Assembly: GCA_963780425.1 (NCBI GenBank)
Contig: CAWABZ010000008.1
Span: 192,931-256,930 of the forward strand
DNA from: an uncultured Chloroflexia bacterium
GTDB lineage: Bacteria > Chloroflexota > Limnocylindria > Limnocylindrales > CSP1-4
DNA: 64,000 bases
Reading direction: 5' to 3'
The notes beneath the pieces were generated by a model, which saw only the letters and a program-made list of their open reading frames with translations, was not told the origin of the DNA and did no database searches. Each line of letters opens with the position of its first letter. The first letter of the stretch is position 1. This document shows, one piece after another, positions 61,437 through 64,000 of the stretch. The position numbers and the translations under genes were made by a program.

Positions 61437-63802
61437 TCCCGCCGCGAGCGTCCGTCAGCGGGCGCGAGTCCGCTGCCCGGCGGAAGGTCCTCGATCTCCG
61501 GCATCGACCCTTCGTCAAGCGTCCCGGTCGACCACCGCGTCGCTTCGACTGCGCCGGACCGGGTCCGACCGGCGGTCGCAAGGCCCCTCGCGGCGACGAT
61601 CCCGAGAAGCGCCAGCGCCGCGATCAGCGCCCACGGGAACCTCCGATAGTCGACACCACCGACGATCGAGAACTCCGCGGTCGAGGCATTGCCCGATGAG
61701 TCGGTCGCGGTGAGCCGGATCGTCTGGGGCCACGGAGCGAGGTGGGTCACGACCGTGAACCGTCCGCGCTCGTCGACCGGGATCTCCCCGCCGCCGTCGA
61801 TGCTGACCGACGAACCGGGCTCGGACCGTCCGGGGAGCCGCGCCTGGAACGGCCAAACCGGACTCGTGAAAGGTTCTTCCATGTTGAGGGTCGGGCCGAC
61901 CGCGTCACGCACGATCGTGCGGACGACCGGGAAGCCGACTTCGCCCCAATCGTTGATCGGCACGACCTGAAGCGCCCAGCGCGTTGTCCGTTCGGCGCCA
62001 GGCTGACGCACGTCACCCAGCGCCAGCGTCGCGTACGAGCCATCCCGGCCGGACTCGTTGCCCGGTGGGATCGGAACCCGGACGACCGTTGCGATCCCAT
62101 TCGTGCCTGCGCCGGTTGTGAGCCCTTCCAGCCGGCTCGGCGCGACGTCCGGACCAGATTCCTCATCCGCCAGGGGGACCACGGTGACGAACAGCCGCGT
62201 GCCCGTGAAACCTGGGAGCAGCGTCGTTCCATCGGCGGCCGTCATCTTCTCGATCGTCGCCGCCGGGCTGGGGAAATCCTGGAAGTAGGTGACGTTGTCG
62301 GCTCGGACCTCCGAGACAGCGAAGGGCGTCGAGGGGCCGCGCCGCCACCAACCAGCCGGCCCGGCGGCCCACGGGGATGGCGACACAGGAAGCCCCCGGT
62401 CCGGATCCCAGCCGAGTCCTGCGGCGATCAGCAGGCTGCGCCGTCCCTCGATGGGCATGGCCGCGATCGGACGCGTGGCGAGCCATGCTGCGCCCGGCCG
62501 CAGGTCGGCCGAGCCGCACGGCAGGATCGCACCCGGCAGGATCAGGTCCGGACAGCCCTCGTCGACGATGTCGCCGAGCCATGCACTCGACGACCCGTGG
62601 GCGAGGATGTCGCCAAGGGTCGCTCGCAACAGCAGCTGCCACCGGCTGCCGTCGATCGAGTCCTGCGCGATGACGTCCGTCCGTGCAGATCTGACGATCA
62701 GTCCGCTGGATCCAACCAGGACCCGCTCGGCGTGTAGGCCCGACCCATCGATCCAGGCGATCCGCATCGCCGGGCCCTGGGCGTCCGGGTCCGGCCCGGC
62801 CACCAGCGGAACACCGGATTCCATGCCGACCTTGACCGGGTCGCCTCCCATGGCATCGACGATCGCGACGCCGTCGGCGAGCGAGACCACGGCGTGGTCA
62901 TGGGCCATCCCTTCCAGGTGGATGCGGAGGGGCGGCGGGTGGACATCGACGTCCAGCCCCGTGTCCGGAGCGGACAAGGTCGAAATCGTCCCGTCCCGTA
63001 GTCGCAGGGCCAACAGACGCACGCCGCCCGGGCCACCAGGCGGACAGTCGAGCGAGGCGTAGACCAGAAGGTCATCGCCCGGCGCTTCGTCCCAGTCGCC
63101 GAGCACGCCACCACCGAGGCGACCGGGCAGGTCGATCGACCGCCGGACATCCAGGGTCACGCCGTCGAGCACGCGCAGCGACGTCGTCCCACACGAGCCC
63201 GACGCGTCGATGACAGGCCGCGGGCCTATGACCAGTTCGGCCGTCCCGAAACCGTCGACGTCGGCCGGGCCGGCCGACTCGATCGCGTGATCGAAGCGGG
63301 TCCGAGCCGTCTCCACGATCGTCGGCGAACCGACCTGATCCAGGACATCGAACCCGATGACGACGGCGTGTCCCGTTCCTGGGGCGTCTGTCGGCGTCGT
63401 TGCGATCAATGCGAAATGTCGGGCGCTCAGCGCGACGAACCAGCGCGCGGACAGGTCCGCCCGCTCGACGTCGACGTCGACCCCGAAGGCGGGTGTCCAC
63501 TCGTGCGTTCGCTCGAGGATGGAGAGGTGTGCGAGGTTCGGGGCGGGTGCGGCCGAATCGAGCACGAGCAGCATCGGCGTCGCGGGGTCCGCGTCGGACG
63601 GGATCAGTGGGTCGAGCACGAGGAGGTCGGCCATCGGCGTGTCGAGCCGGCTCAGTGGCGCCGTCTCAGCCGCGGTGGCGGTCGCGGCCAGACCGGCCAG
63701 GAGGGCCGTCACGAGTCCGGCGGCCCCTAATGCGTTACGTCGCCCTCGGTTCGCAGCTGTCACGTGCGCCTCGCTCGGGCGGCCATCGTACCCCCGGTGC
63801 AC
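61433..63802 (-). CDS. large secreted, C-terminally anchored protein with FG-GAP-like repeats and an Ig-like domain
   Basis: 789 aa with a signal peptide (...LLAGLAATATAAE). FG-GAP-like segments include ADVDGFGTAELVIGP and GDWDEAPGDDLLVY. An Ig-like block (...RFTVVTHLAPWPQTIRLTATDSSGNAST) and a TM helix lie near the C-terminus. Its stop overlaps the stop of the convergent 986-aa gene. Confidence 0.5.
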   Translation of the reverse strand: MHRGYDGRPSEAHVTAANRGRRNALGAAGLVTALLAGLAATATAAETAPLSRLDTPMADLLVLDPLIPSDADPATPMLLVLDSAAPAPNLAHLSILERTHEWTPAFGVDVDVERADLSARWFVALSARHFALIATTPTDAPGTGHAVVIGFDVLDQVGSPTIVETARTRFDHAIESAGPADVDGFGTAELVIGPRPVIDASGSCGTTSLRVLDGVTLDVRRSIDLPGRLGGGVLGDWDEAPGDDLLVYASLDCPPGGPGGVRLLALRLRDGTISTLSAPDTGLDVDVHPPPLRIHLEGMAHDHAVVSLADGVAIVDAMGGDPVKVGMESGVPLVAGPDPDAQGPAMRIAWIDGSGLHAERVLVGSSGLIVRSARTDVIAQDSIDGSRWQLLLRATLGDILAHGSSSAWLGDIVDEGCPDLILPGAILPCGSADLRPGAAWLATRPIAAMPIEGRRSLLIAAGLGWDPDRGLPVSPSPWAAGPAGWWRRGPSTPFAVSEVRADNVTYFQDFPSPAATIEKMTAADGTTLLPGFTGTRLFVTVVPLADEESGPDVAPSRLEGLTTGAGTNGIATVVRVPIPPGNESGRDGSYATLALGDVRQPGAERTTRWALQVVPINDWGEVGFPVVRTIVRDAVGPTLNMEEPFTSPVWPFQARLPGRSEPGSSVSIDGGGEIPVDERGRFTVVTHLAPWPQTIRLTATDSSGNASTAEFSIVGGVDYRRFPWALIAALALLGIVAARGLATAGRTRSGAVEATRWSTGTLDEGSMPEIEDLPPGSGLAPADGRSRRD

Positions 63803-63834
63803 GCGTTTCCATGCCCGGTGCTAGCCTGCCGCGC

Positions 63835-64000
63835 GTGCCGACCATCCGATCGATCGCCGCGACCGTGGCGGTCGCGCTGCTGGTCTCGGCGTGCGGCTCG
63901 ATCTCGACCTCACCCCCGGCGCCCACGCCGGCCGACTTCCAGGGCATCGCGTCCGAGATCGTGACGCGATCGGTGGTCATCGACGACATCGTGTCGGGCG
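63835..64000 (+). CDS. partial CDS: lipoprotein N-terminus (runs off window end)
   Basis: Absent from the ORF track. GTG 63835 opens MPTIRSIAATVAVALLVSACGSISTSPPAPTPADFQGIASEIV..., with a lipobox LVSAC and no stop to the window end. Confidence 0.5.
   Translation, partial: MPTIRSIAATVAVALLVSACGSISTSPPAPTPADFQGIASEIVTRSVVIDDIVSG

Overview
Very GC-rich chromosomal window, with wobble positions almost all G/C and long GC-driven shadow ORFs on both strands. It looks like a high-GC Gram-positive (Actinobacteria-like) or Chloroflexi-like genome, but the lineage cannot be fixed from sequence alone. Content, left to right. (1) An AhpD-like / FNR-like / OsmC peroxide-stress operon. (2) A central-carbon plus PTS block: gap, transketolase, ptsH, ptsI, a second HPr, ascorbate-family EIIC/EIIB/EIIA, and fructose-6-P aldolase/transaldolase. 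(3) A cupredoxin / ferredoxin reductase / Rieske ferredoxin operon. (4) A DUF488 gene and a decayed operon of 7-Cys mini-protein, GreA-like protein, histidine kinase and response regulator. (5) gdh, then a stress block of truncated haemoglobin, Crp/Fnr, DUF1622 and YceI. (6) pyk, trpS, family-5 UDG and aconitase. (7) A CBS protein, a second 7-Cys mini-protein, three USP genes and a copper nitrite reductase. (8) A degenerate integrase next to tRNA-Glu(CUC). (9) A secreted polysaccharide-lyase-like protein and an alpha/beta hydrolase. (10) An MprAB/PepD-like two-component plus HtrA module fused to MoxR-DUF58-VWA, then DUF1015. (11) A ~13.7 kb co-directional cluster: secreted GATase-like protein, ABC ATPase, ABC-2 permease, GQ-repeat coiled-coil protein, MoxR, DUF58 and two large BatA/VWA proteins, followed by a convergent FG-GAP/Ig-like anchored protein. 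Three things stand out. First, there are about 45 frame-disrupting lesions concentrated in about 20 genes, while neighbouring genes totalling more than 12 kb are untouched. Second, a recurring 11-bp-phased direct repeat of RTTCAY hexamers lies upstream of at least 10 transcription units, suggesting a regulon for an OmpR/PhoB-type regulator. Third, there are two paralogous MoxR-DUF58-VWA modules in unusual operon contexts. No CRISPR array, rRNA or intact mobile element was seen.
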